From Coriobacteriia bacterium (GTDB lineage Bacteria > Actinomycetota > Coriobacteriia > Anaerosomatales > JAAXUF01): 64,000 nucleotides of DNA. Made by a program: the position numbers and the translations under genes. The notes under the pieces were generated by a model. It made no database searches. It saw only the letters and a program-made list of their open reading frames with translations, and was not told the DNA's origin. The DNA lies in the NCBI GenBank assembly GCA_038249135.1, contig JBBRWO010000001.1, forward strand, positions 24,876 through 88,875, in the 5' to 3' direction. Position 1 is the stretch's first letter; each line of letters begins with the position of its first letter. This document shows, piece by piece, positions 20,603 to 30,688 of this stretch.

Positions 20603-21100
20603 ATGGCGAAGGACAGCAGCTTCGACGTGGTCTCTGAAGTCGACATGCAAGAGGTCGACAATGCGTTCCAGCAGACCACCAAGGAACTCGTACAGCGGTA
20701 TGACCTGAAGGACTCCGGTGCGACGATCGAGTTCTCCAAGGCCGACAAGACGTTCACTCTGCACGCACCGAGCGACTTCATCGCGCGTCAGGTGATCGAC
20801 GTGCTCAACACGAAACTCGTTCGCCGGCAGATCGATCTCAAGGCGGTCGAATGGGGCAACACTGAAGCGGCGAGCGGGAGCTCTGTTCGCATCATTGGCA
20901 AGATCGTCATGGGAATCGAGACCGATCTCGCCAAGAAGATCAACAAGGAGATTCGCGACGAGAAGTTCAAGGTCAAGGTGCAGATCGAGGGTGACAAGCT
21001 TCGAGTCAGTGCCGCGGTCCGAGACGAGCTCCAGCGCGTGATCGCGTTCTTGAAGGACAAGGATTACGGCATTCCACTTCAGTTCACGAACTACCGGTAG
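20603..21100 (+). CDS. yajQ: YajQ family nucleotide/c-di-GMP-binding protein
   Basis: SFDVVSEVDMQEVDNA...RYDLK...LQFTNYR. Confidence 0.95.
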   Translation: MAKDSSFDVVSEVDMQEVDNAFQQTTKELVQRYDLKDSGATIEFSKADKTFTLHAPSDFIARQVIDVLNTKLVRRQIDLKAVEWGNTEAASGSSVRIIGKIVMGIETDLAKKINKEIRDEKFKVKVQIEGDKLRVSAAVRDELQRVIAFLKDKDYGIPLQFTNYR

Positions 21101-21106
21101 CTCAGG

Positions 21107-22408
21107 GTGCCGAACGCTCCCGCTATCGCCTTCATCACTCTCGGCTGCCCAAAGAACGAGGTCGACACGGACCGCATGCGCGCGGCGGTCCTGTCTTCGG
21201 CGTATGGGCTTGTCGAGGATATCGACGAGGCCGATGTCGTCGTCGTCAACACCTGCTCGTTCATCCAAGATGCCACCGAGGAGTCTCTGGCCGCAGTGCT
21301 CGAGGTTGCCGGCCAGTGGGTTCCTGCACGTGAGGGTCGACATCTCGTCGTCGCGGGATGCATGCCGTCGCGCTACGGCGACGAGTTGGCGAGTGAGCTG
21401 CCGGAGGTCTCAGCATTCGTGCCGGTGGGGGACGAAGCGGGCCTGCTCGGCATCGTCGAGCGTCTGACGGGGGTGGCTGCCGGGCCGAGACCGCGTGTCT
21501 CGGCAACGCGCACGCTTGAGGGGTTCTCGGCCTATCTTCAGATCTCAGACGGTTGTCACAGGGACTGCGCATACTGCACGATTCCTGCGATCAGGGGCCC
21601 CTACGTGAGCCGTCCTCTGGACGCGATCGTCGCAGAAGCCGAAGAGCTCGTTGCTCTGGGTGCGCGCGAGATCGTACTCATCGGACAGGACACGAGTGCC
21701 TACGGTCGCGATCTTGAGGCGGACAGCACGCTAGCCGACGTCGTTCGTGCCGTCGCAGCTGTGCCCGATCTGCGCTGGCTGCGGCTGATGTACGTGCAGC
21801 CTGACGGGGTGACTGACGAGCTGCTGAAGGCAATCGCCGAGAACGCGAACGTGTGTCGTTACCTGGATATCCCGCTGCAGCATTCGGCGAGGCCGGTACT
21901 GAGAGCCATGAAGCGGTCAGGAGATACACAGTCGTTCTTGTTGTTGCTCGAGCGCATCCGATCCGTGCTGCCCGACGTCGTGCTTCGCACCACTATGATC
22001 GCGGGGTTCCCTGGTGAGACGACTGCGGATATGCGTGAACTGCAGCGATTCCTCGGTTTGGCTCAGTTCGATTATGTTGGTGTCTTCGTATACTCGCCAG
22101 AAGCCGATACCGCGGCCGCCGAGATGGAACTCCAGGTGCCGATTCGGACCCGGCGCGCGAGGGCGCAACGTCTCAGGGACCTGTCAGACGCGATTGGCTT
22201 TGAGCGCGCAGCCACGCGCGTGGACAGCGTCGTCCAGGTGCTGGTCGAGGGAGTGGATCCCGACGATGGCGTGGTGGTCGGTAGGTGGCGGGGGCAGGCA
22301 CCGGAGATAGACGGCTTGGTCCTGCTCGAAGGCGGAGTGCCCGGCGAGTTGGTTGCCGTACGCATCGTGGATTCACTCGGCTACGACCTCGAAGGGGAGG
22401 CCGAGTAG
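21107..22408 (+). CDS. rimO: Ribosomal protein S12 methylthiotransferase
   Basis: LGCPKNEVD, NTCSFI, CxxxCxxC (CHRDCAYC), APEIDG. Confidence 0.96.
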   Translation: MPNAPAIAFITLGCPKNEVDTDRMRAAVLSSAYGLVEDIDEADVVVVNTCSFIQDATEESLAAVLEVAGQWVPAREGRHLVVAGCMPSRYGDELASELPEVSAFVPVGDEAGLLGIVERLTGVAAGPRPRVSATRTLEGFSAYLQISDGCHRDCAYCTIPAIRGPYVSRPLDAIVAEAEELVALGAREIVLIGQDTSAYGRDLEADSTLADVVRAVAAVPDLRWLRLMYVQPDGVTDELLKAIAENANVCRYLDIPLQHSARPVLRAMKRSGDTQSFLLLLERIRSVLPDVVLRTTMIAGFPGETTADMRELQRFLGLAQFDYVGVFVYSPEADTAAAEMELQVPIRTRRARAQRLRDLSDAIGFERAATRVDSVVQVLVEGVDPDDGVVVGRWRGQAPEIDGLVLLEGGVPGELVAVRIVDSLGYDLEGEAE

Positions 22409-22409
22409 C

Positions 22410-23117
22410 GTGCCCGAGAAGAACAGGCTGGGCGTAACGCTCAATGCCGCAAACAGCGTCACGCTCGCACGCATGGTGCTCATTCCCGTGTTTTTGCTCG
22501 TGCTACTGGTTGACTGGCCGAGCTGGCTTCCCGCCTCCGAGCTTCTCTATCGATGGCGTCCCTGGATAGCCGCAGGCGTGTTCGGACTCCTTGCTGCCAC
22601 CGACGGCGTGGACGGTTACCTTGCTCGCTCTCGAAACGAGGTGACGACATTCGGGAAGTTCCTTGACCCGCTTGCCGACAAGCTGCTCGTGACGGCCGCG
22701 CTCTTGGCTCTCATCGAGACCAACGTACTGCCAGCTTGGATTGGATTCGTCATCATCTCCCGAGAGTTCATCATCTCGGGACTGCGCATGGTCGCCTCAG
22801 CTGAGGGTACGGTCATTGCAGCGTCTTGGTATGGGAAGCTCAAGACGGTGCTGCAGATTGCCGCGATCCTTCTGTTCATCGTCAAGGACTCGTTCGCGCT
22901 CCAGTCGCTTGGGCCGGATGTGTTCTCGTGGGCGCAGGCCATCTCATGGACCGTGATGGGGGCGGCGGTCATCATGACCATCGCGTCAATGGTCGACTAT
23001 TTCATCAACGCGAAGATGGTGCTGGTCGGTCCTTGGTCCGGTAACCCGACAATCGCTGCTGACGTCGAGCGAGATGCCGAACTTGACGACGATCTTGACG
23101 CCGGAGACGCCACTTAG
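22410..23117 (+). CDS. pgsA: CDP-diacylglycerol--glycerol-3-phosphate 3-phosphatidyltransferase
   Basis: TDGVDGYLAR...FGKFLDPLADKLL. Confidence 0.95.
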   Translation: MPEKNRLGVTLNAANSVTLARMVLIPVFLLVLLVDWPSWLPASELLYRWRPWIAAGVFGLLAATDGVDGYLARSRNEVTTFGKFLDPLADKLLVTAALLALIETNVLPAWIGFVIISREFIISGLRMVASAEGTVIAASWYGKLKTVLQIAAILLFIVKDSFALQSLGPDVFSWAQAISWTVMGAAVIMTIASMVDYFINAKMVLVGPWSGNPTIAADVERDAELDDDLDAGDAT

Positions 23118-23125
23118 GGGGCACT

Positions 23126-24361
23126 GTGTACGACACCCCGCGTGCAGCCGCGATAGTCACTGTTGGTTCGGAGCTGACGGAGGGTCTGCGGATAGACTCC
23201 AACACAGCTTCAGTCGCCAGAACCGTCTCCGGCCTCGGATTCAATGTCGTTGAGGCGGTAAGTGTTGGCGACGATGTTCGGCATCTGGCTGAGGTTCTGA
23301 CACGCCTTACCTCCAGGTGCGAACTCGTGATCACCACCGGAGGGCTCGGACCCACACACGACGACATCACCCGGGAAGCGGCTGCAACCGCGCTCGGGGT
23401 CGGCCTCTGCCCAGACGTCGAGATCGCTGAGTGGCTAGCGGGTATCGCCGAGCGACATGCCGATGCAGCATCGCGTAAGGCGGTGTTGACTCAGGCGCTC
23501 GTGCTCGAGGGGGCGACTATACTGGCTCCCTGCACAGGTACCGCTCCCGGCCAAGACGTTCCTACGCCCGCTGGTCGGCTCATTTTGCTGCCTGGACCAC
23601 CGCACGAGATGTCCGAGATGCTCGGGAGGGCTCTTTCAGGGTATGTGCGGAGCACTGCGAGCCCTCGCGACCTGGGCGTCACCGGTATGCCCGAGTCGGA
23701 CGTGCAGCACGCGGCGCAACGCGCACTCGCCGGCCAAGTTGGCATCACCCTGACGGTGCTCGCGAAACCTGGCGATGTCAGGGTGCTCTTGATCGACTCC
23801 GGCGCCGGGAAAGACGCGCTCGACGACATGGCCACGGCTGTCGCTCTTGAGATCGGCGCTGCGTGTTACACGACGACCGGCGAGACACTTGCGCAAGCAA
23901 CTGTAGCGGAACTGAGTAGCCGTTCGAGGACACTCTCGGTCGCTGAATCCTGTACCGGCGGCTTGGTCTCTGCTGCCCTGACAGACGTAGCCGGTGTGTC
24001 GGAGGTCTTTCTCGGCGGGGTCGTTAGTTACGCGAACTCCGTGAAGCGCGGAATCCTCCAGGTACCTGACGGGTTGCTCGCGCAGTACGGTGCAGTGAGC
24101 GAGCAGACCGCGGTGGCAATGGCCGAGGGTGTACGCGCGCTCACGGGATCGGATGTAGCTGTCTCAATCACCGGTGTCGCCGGGCCAGGGGGAGGGACGG
24201 CCGATAAGCCCGTTGGGCTCGTCTGGTTCGCGATCAGTCATCAGGGCGGCACCGACAGCGGAGAGCAGCGATATCTCGGAGGAACGCGCGATTCCGTGCG
24301 TGCACGAGCCACTGCACGGGCCTTGGACATCGTCCGCCGTCACGTTCGGGATGCCGAGTAG
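23126..24361 (+). CDS. cinA: Competence/damage-inducible protein CinA (NMN deamidase)
   Basis: GGLGPTHDDIT MoCF domain plus AESCTGG PncC domain. Confidence 0.93.
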   Translation: MYDTPRAAAIVTVGSELTEGLRIDSNTASVARTVSGLGFNVVEAVSVGDDVRHLAEVLTRLTSRCELVITTGGLGPTHDDITREAAATALGVGLCPDVEIAEWLAGIAERHADAASRKAVLTQALVLEGATILAPCTGTAPGQDVPTPAGRLILLPGPPHEMSEMLGRALSGYVRSTASPRDLGVTGMPESDVQHAAQRALAGQVGITLTVLAKPGDVRVLLIDSGAGKDALDDMATAVALEIGAACYTTTGETLAQATVAELSSRSRTLSVAESCTGGLVSAALTDVAGVSEVFLGGVVSYANSVKRGILQVPDGLLAQYGAVSEQTAVAMAEGVRALTGSDVAVSITGVAGPGGGTADKPVGLVWFAISHQGGTDSGEQRYLGGTRDSVRARATARALDIVRRHVRDAE

Positions 24362-24527
24362 CCGACTCGATCTGGTAGCGCATCAATCCGTGTCAGTGTC
24401 ATCGATTAAGGTGTTCTCGAGTTCGCTGGAACGCTTGGGACCGACCTACTTGAAAGTGGCAACAGTGCCGCTTCCGGAATCAGGTTCTAAGTGAGTCACC
24501 GAACAGGCCGAGTCGACAGAACTTTCG

Positions 24528-24556
24528 TTGACATCGAACAGGTGTTCGTATAGGGT
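24528..24556 (+). promoter_or_regulatory. recA promoter with LexA (SOS) box between -35 and -10
   Basis: TTGACA (24528) N17 TAGGGT; CGAACAGGTGTTCG at 24535-24548 matches GAAC-N4-GTTC. Confidence 0.9.
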
Positions 24557-24605
24557 GGAGCTGCCCCGAAGGCGCGCCCGGTACCCGGATTGGAGCGAGT
24601 GAGGT

Positions 24606-25661
24606 ATGGAACGCGAGAAGGAAAAGATACTCGACGTCACCAAAGAGCAGATTGAGAAGAAGTTCGGTAAGGGATCGCTGATGAAGCTTGGTGAGCACGC
24701 TGCGACGGACCAGGTTGCAGCCATTCCCACCGGATCGCTTGCCCTCGATGCTGCGTTGGGAATCGTCGGTGTCCCGCGCGGCAGAATCGTTGAGATCTAC
24801 GGTCCGGAGTCCTCCGGCAAGACGACGCTCGCATTGCAGATAGTGGCCGAGGCGCAAGCTGCAGGCGGCGTGGCTGCGTTCATCGATGCGGAGCACGCAC
24901 TGGATCCCAGTTACGCTTCACGTCTTGGCGTGGATATCGATGAGATCCTGATCTCACAACCGGACACCGGCGAGCAGGCGCTTGAGATCTGTGACATGTT
25001 GGTCCGTAGCGGTGCAATCGATGTCGTTGTTATCGACTCTGTCGCAGCACTGGTACCAAGGGCCGAGCTCGAAGGCGAGATGGGTGACACCACCGTCGGA
25101 CTTCAGGCCAGACTCATGAGCCAGGCGTTGCGTAAGCTCGCAGGATCCCTGTCACGCTCCAACACCACGTGCATCTTCATCAATCAGCTGCGTGAGAAGA
25201 TCGGTGTCATGTTCGGCAGCCCCGAGACCACGAGCGGCGGTCGTGCACTGAAGTTCTACTCGACCGTTCGCATCGATGTTCGCCGAATTGACTCGATCAA
25301 GCAGGGAACCGAGCTCGTTGGCAACCGGGTTCGCGCCAAGGTTGTAAAGAACAAGGTTGCTGCCCCGTTCCGTATCGCCGAGTTCGACTTGATGTACGGA
25401 ACCGGAATCAGTAAGGAAGGCTCCATCCTCGACCTCGGTGTTGAAGAGGGTATCGTTGCCAAGTCCGGTGCCTGGTACACCTACGGTACTGAGCGTCTCG
25501 GACAAGGCCGAGAGGCAGCCAAGGACTTCTTGCGCGAGAATCCGGCACTTCGTAATGAAATCGAAGTGAAGGTTCGTGATTCACTAGGGCTTCCCGTCAA
25601 CCAAGCCGCGGTTGTCGAGGCCCCTGCTGGTTCCGCGAAGCCCGCCGCCGCGGCCAAGTAG
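24606..25661 (+). CDS. recA: Recombinase RecA
   Basis: [25 protein letters not shown]. Confidence 0.99.
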   Translation: MEREKEKILDVTKEQIEKKFGKGSLMKLGEHAATDQVAAIPTGSLALDAALGIVGVPRGRIVEIYGPESSGKTTLALQIVAEAQAAGGVAAFIDAEHALDPSYASRLGVDIDEILISQPDTGEQALEICDMLVRSGAIDVVVIDSVAALVPRAELEGEMGDTTVGLQARLMSQALRKLAGSLSRSNTTCIFINQLREKIGVMFGSPETTSGGRALKFYSTVRIDVRRIDSIKQGTELVGNRVRAKVVKNKVAAPFRIAEFDLMYGTGISKEGSILDLGVEEGIVAKSGAWYTYGTERLGQGREAAKDFLRENPALRNEIEVKVRDSLGLPVNQAAVVEAPAGSAKPAAAAK

Positions 25662-25672
25662 CCGCAGTCACG

Positions 25673-26344
25673 ATGTGCGCGCTCATTTCCAGAATAGAGA
25701 GCGTCGGGCCTGATCTTAGGGCCCGGCGCATCTTCTTTGATAGCGACCCTGACTATCGCACCACGGCTTCCACAGTGGTTAAGCGACTTGCGTTGACCGA
25801 GGGGATTGAGGTTGACCGAGCCGTGCTTGAGACCCAGCTCGCAACTGAGGAACTTCCCCTTGCCAAAGAACGGGCGCTTAAGCTTCTCGGCTATCGGGAA
25901 CGCTCGGCCTTCGAGGTTCATCGAAAACTCAGGGACTCCGGCTTTCCCGAGTCGGTCTGCCAGTCGGTCGTCGGTCGGTTCTCGGAGATTGAGTTGATCG
26001 ACGACGAGCGGTTCGCGTCCGCATGGACGAGATCGCGCCGTGCAGGTGGGTATGGGGAGAGAAGAATCGCCCGAGAGTTAGCCGAGAAGGGTGTAGCTGC
26101 TTCCCTCATCGAGTCGGCGCTCGAGAGCGATGAACGCGAGAGCGAGACGGACCGCGCCTTTGCGTCATTGCGCGGTAAGACACCTCGCGACAAGGCCGAC
26201 GGTCACCGTCTGACCAAGAGGCTGCTCGGACGGGGGTTCTCGCTGTCGGTCGCACGCGAAGCCGTTGGCCGGGCTGGCGGTTTAGCGGACATCGACGCTG
26301 GCGGGTCTGACGATGGAGACACCGCCGATGACCTGCGCAAATAA
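25673..26344 (+). CDS. recX: Regulatory protein RecX
   Basis: ALKLLGYRERS...IDDERFA...GERRIARELAEKGV; downstream of recA. Confidence 0.9.
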   Translation: MCALISRIESVGPDLRARRIFFDSDPDYRTTASTVVKRLALTEGIEVDRAVLETQLATEELPLAKERALKLLGYRERSAFEVHRKLRDSGFPESVCQSVVGRFSEIELIDDERFASAWTRSRRAGGYGERRIARELAEKGVAASLIESALESDERESETDRAFASLRGKTPRDKADGHRLTKRLLGRGFSLSVAREAVGRAGGLADIDAGGSDDGDTADDLRK

Positions 26345-26378
26345 GCACTGAGAACTCAATTTCGGCGGGCGACACTCC

Positions 26379-26408
26379 TTGACGATTCTGCCGCCCAGAG
26401 GGTACAGT
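26379..26408 (+). promoter_or_regulatory. Sigma-70-type promoter upstream of the long rny leader
   Basis: TTGACG N18 TACAGT. Confidence 0.6.
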
Positions 26409-26415
26409 TTGCGCA

Positions 26416-26586
26416 GGCATCAAGATCACCCGTCGGGTTCTTGGGGAACAGGAATTGTCGGCGGTTCGTATGTTGCAAGCGAAGACGTTCATTTCGGACG
26501 ACCTATGGGTCGCTTCTTGCGTACTCGGGTACCTTTCGCTGGGCGCCATGTGATCCTGATGCTGAACGCACGCGTTCGGCATTCTT
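26416..26586 (+). ncRNA. Candidate structured RNA (rny leader or 6S-like RNA)
   Basis: GGCATCAAGATCAC (26416-29) pairs with GTGATCCTGATGCT (26550-63); internal AAGCGA/TCGCTT complementarity; begins about 8 nt after the -10. Confidence 0.4.
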
Positions 26587-26664
26587 GCGTCCCCCTGAGC
26601 GAGCGCCAAACGCGATGTGACCACCTACATCAGCGAACGCTCTACTATCGAAAGGAGGGCGCGC

Positions 26665-28203
26665 ATGAATTCCATGGCCGTTGTATTCATCTTCGTCGCA
26701 TTGATTGCTGGCGCTGCCCTCGGCTTTGCCGTCAACCGCTTCTTCATGAAGGACCGCACCGCTCGAGCCGCCGAAGAGGCGGACCGTACGGTCAAAGACG
26801 CGGAAAAGCAGGCCGAGACGCTCAAGAAGGAAGCCTTACTCGAGGCTAAGGACCAGATCTTCAAGTTGAAGCAGGAAGCCGAGACGGACGGCAAGGAGCG
26901 TCGCAAGGAGATTCAGTCCTTGGAGTCGCGGCTGGCGGATCGCGAGGCCTCGATTGACCGCCGAGCCGAGTCGCTCGACAAGCGCGAGCACACCCTGTCA
27001 TCTCAGTCCGGCCAGATCGCCAAGCGCGAGCAGGACCTCGAGGTTCTCATCACTGAGGAACGCGAGGCTCTTGAGCGCGTAGCCGGGATGACTGCAGACG
27101 AGGCACGTGCAGAACTGCTGAATCGAATCCAGGATGACGTCAAGCACGACGCCGCTGCATTCATTCGTGAGTCTGAGGCCCGCGCTCGCGAGGAGGCGGA
27201 CAAGAAGGCACGTAACATCGTTGGTATCGCCATCCAGCGCGTTGCCGCCGACCACACCGCCGAGTCTACCGTTTCCGTCGTCCACATTCCCAGTGACGAC
27301 ATGAAGGGCCGTATCATCGGCCGAGAAGGGCGCAACATTCGCGCCTTCGAGCAGATGACCGGCATCAACCTGATCATCGACGACACCCCCGAAGCGGTCA
27401 TCCTGTCGAGTTTCGACCCGGTGCGTCGTGAGATCGGTCGCATCACGCTTGAGACTCTGATCGCAGACGGTCGCATTCACCCTGCCCGCATCGAAGAGAT
27501 GTTCAACAAGGCAGAGCAGCTCGTCAGCCAAGCCGTTCACGAGGCCGGCGAGCAGGCGGCGTTCGACAGCGGGATTCACGGTCTGCATCCGGAACTGATC
27601 CGGACCCTGGGTCGACTCAAGTACCGCACGAGCTATGGACAGAATGTACTGAAGCATTCGCTTGAGGTTTCCTACCTTGCAGGAGTCATGGCGTCGGAGC
27701 TGGGTGTTGACGTACAGCTCGCCAAGCGCGCTGGTCTGCTTCATGACTTGGGCAAGGCGATTGATCACGAGGTCGAGGGCCCCCACGCGCTAATCGGTGC
27801 GGATCTCGCGCGTCGCATGAACGAGCCCAAGGCCATCGTTCACGCCATCGAAGCTCACCATGGTGATGTCGAGGCGGCGACGGTGGAAGCCGTTCTCGTT
27901 CAGGCCGCAGATGCGATCTCGGCTGCTCGCCCCGGTGCTCGTCGTGAGACTCTCGAGAGCTACATCAAGCGCCTTGAGAAGCTCGAAGCGATCGCCAACG
28001 CCCACAAGGGCGTTGAGAAGACCTACGCCATGCAGGCCGGACGCGAGATTCGCGTCATGGTCAAGCCCGATCAGATTTCCGACACGGATTCTGTGGTTCT
28101 TGCGCGCGATATCGCCAAGCAGATCGAGGACGAGCTGGAGTATCCCGGTCAGGTTCGCGTCATGGTGATTCGCGAAAGTCGTGCGGTGGATTACGCGAAG
28201 TAG
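26665..28203 (+). CDS. rny: Ribonuclease Y
   Basis: N-terminal TM, coiled coil, KH ([13 protein letters not shown]), HD (LLHDLGK); AAAGGAGG RBS before ATG 26665. Confidence 0.98.
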   Translation: MNSMAVVFIFVALIAGAALGFAVNRFFMKDRTARAAEEADRTVKDAEKQAETLKKEALLEAKDQIFKLKQEAETDGKERRKEIQSLESRLADREASIDRRAESLDKREHTLSSQSGQIAKREQDLEVLITEEREALERVAGMTADEARAELLNRIQDDVKHDAAAFIRESEARAREEADKKARNIVGIAIQRVAADHTAESTVSVVHIPSDDMKGRIIGREGRNIRAFEQMTGINLIIDDTPEAVILSSFDPVRREIGRITLETLIADGRIHPARIEEMFNKAEQLVSQAVHEAGEQAAFDSGIHGLHPELIRTLGRLKYRTSYGQNVLKHSLEVSYLAGVMASELGVDVQLAKRAGLLHDLGKAIDHEVEGPHALIGADLARRMNEPKAIVHAIEAHHGDVEAATVEAVLVQAADAISAARPGARRETLESYIKRLEKLEAIANAHKGVEKTYAMQAGREIRVMVKPDQISDTDSVVLARDIAKQIEDELEYPGQVRVMVIRESRAVDYAK

Positions 28204-28231
28204 GTGCGGCATCGCATCGTTTGAGTGACAC

Positions 28232-28272
28232 GCAGGCGCTCCGGTCGCATCATGGCTGGGGCGCCTGCTTTT
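28232..28272 (+). terminator. Intrinsic terminator after rny
   Basis: GCAGGCGCTCCGGTC...GGCTGGGGCGCCTGC followed by TTTT. Confidence 0.8.
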
Positions 28273-28311
28273 AGAGAACCGCTACGCCCACTCGAGAAGT
28301 GATGGACCAGA

Positions 28312-29385
28312 ATGTCGAACGAGGATCTACTCGGATTTGTGACTGCAGTGTCGGGTGATGCGTTTCTGAAGGTCGAGGAGAGTCTCGGCGACGGATTTGT
28401 TCGCCTGAAGGTATCCGAGGCCGAGCGCCGTCAGGCGAAACACGATATCCGCAGCGTCGAGGACATTGTCGTCGAGTTGCTACGCAACGCCCGCGACGCT
28501 CACGCCAGCCGCATCTTCGTTGCAACCACACGCGAGGGCGACCTGCGCACGATGACCTTCGTTGACGACGGGGTAGGTATTCCCACCGCAATGCACGACA
28601 AGGTGTTCGAGCCGCGTGTCACCAGCAAGCTCGAGACCATGGTCATGGATCAGTGGGGAGTGCACGGTCGAGGAATGGCGCTGTTCTCGATTCGCAGTAA
28701 CGCTTCAGAAGCCCGAATCGCCGCGTCTGAGCAGCACAAAGGTACGGCGCTGACGATCCTCATCGATTCCGCGCAATTGACCGAGCGCGCGGATCAATCC
28801 ACGTGGCCAGTGGTCGACAGGGAGCCTACCGGGGCGTTCAAGGTGTGTCGCGGACCGCATAACATCATCCGCAGGGTTGTGGAGTTCGCTGTGGAGCATC
28901 CCGGCATCGATGTGTATATCGGCTCGCCTGCGGAGGTTGTTGGGACACTCTATTCCCTCACGCGGGATCATGTCGATGCGAGCGACCTGCTGTTCTGTGA
29001 CGATGCGTCGGCTCTAGCCGTATGGCAGCGTCCTGGTGGTGTCAGCGACGCCGGGGATCTCACCGAGGTCGCCGAGAGCCTTGCGCTTCCAATCTCTGAG
29101 CGAACCGCGCATCGTATCCTTGCTGGCGAATTGGCGGTGCTGCCGACGGTGTTTCAGAACGTCGCAGGTGCTTCCTCCGCGGCCACGGATTCAGCGCCAG
29201 ATATCTACCGGGATAGGCGCGGTCTGAAGATTCACCACACGGATCTGGCGCAGTTCCGAGGGGAGCTCGAGGCAGCGTTCGACAGCATCGCGGAGCGATA
29301 CTATCTGCATCTCAAGTGCGAACCAAAGATCATCGTTGGCAAAGATGACATACGGGTCAGGTTCGAGGTCGAGAAAGAGGACTGA
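28312..29385 (+). CDS. GHKL (HATPase_c) family ATP-binding protein of unknown function
   Basis: ELLRNARDA, DDGVGIP, TSKL, GVHGRGMALFSI, GT motifs. Confidence 0.82.
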   Translation: MSNEDLLGFVTAVSGDAFLKVEESLGDGFVRLKVSEAERRQAKHDIRSVEDIVVELLRNARDAHASRIFVATTREGDLRTMTFVDDGVGIPTAMHDKVFEPRVTSKLETMVMDQWGVHGRGMALFSIRSNASEARIAASEQHKGTALTILIDSAQLTERADQSTWPVVDREPTGAFKVCRGPHNIIRRVVEFAVEHPGIDVYIGSPAEVVGTLYSLTRDHVDASDLLFCDDASALAVWQRPGGVSDAGDLTEVAESLALPISERTAHRILAGELAVLPTVFQNVAGASSAATDSAPDIYRDRRGLKIHHTDLAQFRGELEAAFDSIAERYYLHLKCEPKIIVGKDDIRVRFEVEKED

Positions 29386-29517
29386 GCCCTTCGGCTTCAC
29401 ACGCGCTATACTCTAGGGCGGTACGCACACACAGCCTCGTCGCAGTAGTGATTCTTGTATCTGTCGCACTCGCCGTCACACGACGGCCACCACTAGGTGT
29501 TTTACCAGGGAGGGTCC

Positions 29518-29793
29518 GTGGAAGTCCTTAAGGTCTCGAGCAAGTCCAACCCCAATTCGGTTGCCGGGGCTCTCGCCGGAGTCGTTCGCGAGCAGGGCGC
29601 TGCCGAGATTCAGACGGTGGGTGCAGGCGCTCTCAATCAGGCCATCAAGGCAATCGCCATTGCTCGCGGATTCCTTGCTCCGTCCGGTATGGAGTTGACC
29701 TGTGTGCCAGCGTTCGCCGACATCGAGATCAATGGTGAAGAGCGAACGGCAATCAGGCTTCTGGTTGAGCCGCGCGATATGCATCGTCCGTAA
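29518..29793 (+). CDS. spoVS: Stage V sporulation protein S family protein
   Basis: MEVLKVSSKSNPNSVAGALAG...GAGALNQAIKAIAIARGF; GGGAGG RBS before GTG. Confidence 0.96.
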   Translation: MEVLKVSSKSNPNSVAGALAGVVREQGAAEIQTVGAGALNQAIKAIAIARGFLAPSGMELTCVPAFADIEINGEERTAIRLLVEPRDMHRP

Positions 29794-29802
29794 GGACTTC
29801 GC

Positions 29803-30630
29803 GTGCGCGCGGATCTGCACGTTCACTCCACGGCCTCGGACGGGACGCTTTCGCCTCGGGAAGTCGTTGAGCTTGCGGCGCACAACGGCGTGAGTGTGCT
29901 CGCCTTGGCTGACCACGACTCGGTCTCCGGTGTTCAGGAGGCTACCGTCGTCGCCCGTCCACTAGGGATCACGGTGATTCCCGCAGTTGAGCTTTCAGCG
30001 TCTGTCACTGAGCGCTCCGTGCACATTCTCGGATACTTCATCGACACCACCAACCCAGTTCTTCTCGCCACGCTCACTCGGCTTCGCGCAGCGCGCGTGG
30101 AACGGGCGCGGGGCATCGTCTTGGCGCTCCAGAGTGCCGGCTACGAAGTCTCGCTTGATGAGGTGATGGCGCTATCGGGTGGGGGAGCCGTTGGTCGCAC
30201 ACATATCGCGAGGACTCTCGTCACCCTTGCGTATGCTGAGAGCGTCTCAGACGCTTTTGAACGTCTGGTAGGGCGCGGTAGACCGTTCTACCGCCCGAAA
30301 GCGCACCTGAGCCATGTGGAGGCCATCCGGCTGATTGTCGGAGCCGGAGGGATTGCAGTGATCGCGCATCCTGGCGTCTCGGGCACGGAGGACCTCGTTT
30401 CGGACCTCGTCCCACTCGGGTTGCGGGGAGTCGAGGCTCACCATGTGGATCACTCCGCCGAGCAGCGCTCGCAGCTCGTGATACTGGCTCAACGGCTCGG
30501 CCTGTTGATGACGGGTGGTACGGATTATCACAGTCCGCAGGCGCCGCACCCCGATCTGGGCGAAGTCAGCATTCCTCAAGCCCATCTCCGTGCGTTCCTC
30601 GACGCGGGAATGAACGAGGACACGCGCTAG
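29803..30630 (+). CDS. PHP domain phosphoesterase (TrpH/YciV-like)
   Basis: DLHVHSTASDG, LADHD, HILGY, AHPG, GGTDYH. Confidence 0.92.
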   Translation: MRADLHVHSTASDGTLSPREVVELAAHNGVSVLALADHDSVSGVQEATVVARPLGITVIPAVELSASVTERSVHILGYFIDTTNPVLLATLTRLRAARVERARGIVLALQSAGYEVSLDEVMALSGGGAVGRTHIARTLVTLAYAESVSDAFERLVGRGRPFYRPKAHLSHVEAIRLIVGAGGIAVIAHPGVSGTEDLVSDLVPLGLRGVEAHHVDHSAEQRSQLVILAQRLGLLMTGGTDYHSPQAPHPDLGEVSIPQAHLRAFLDAGMNEDTR

Positions 30631-30688
30631 GGTGCCGGGCTCAGAATGGGCCTTCAGGTCACCCTCACGTGCTACACTGCCGAACGCT

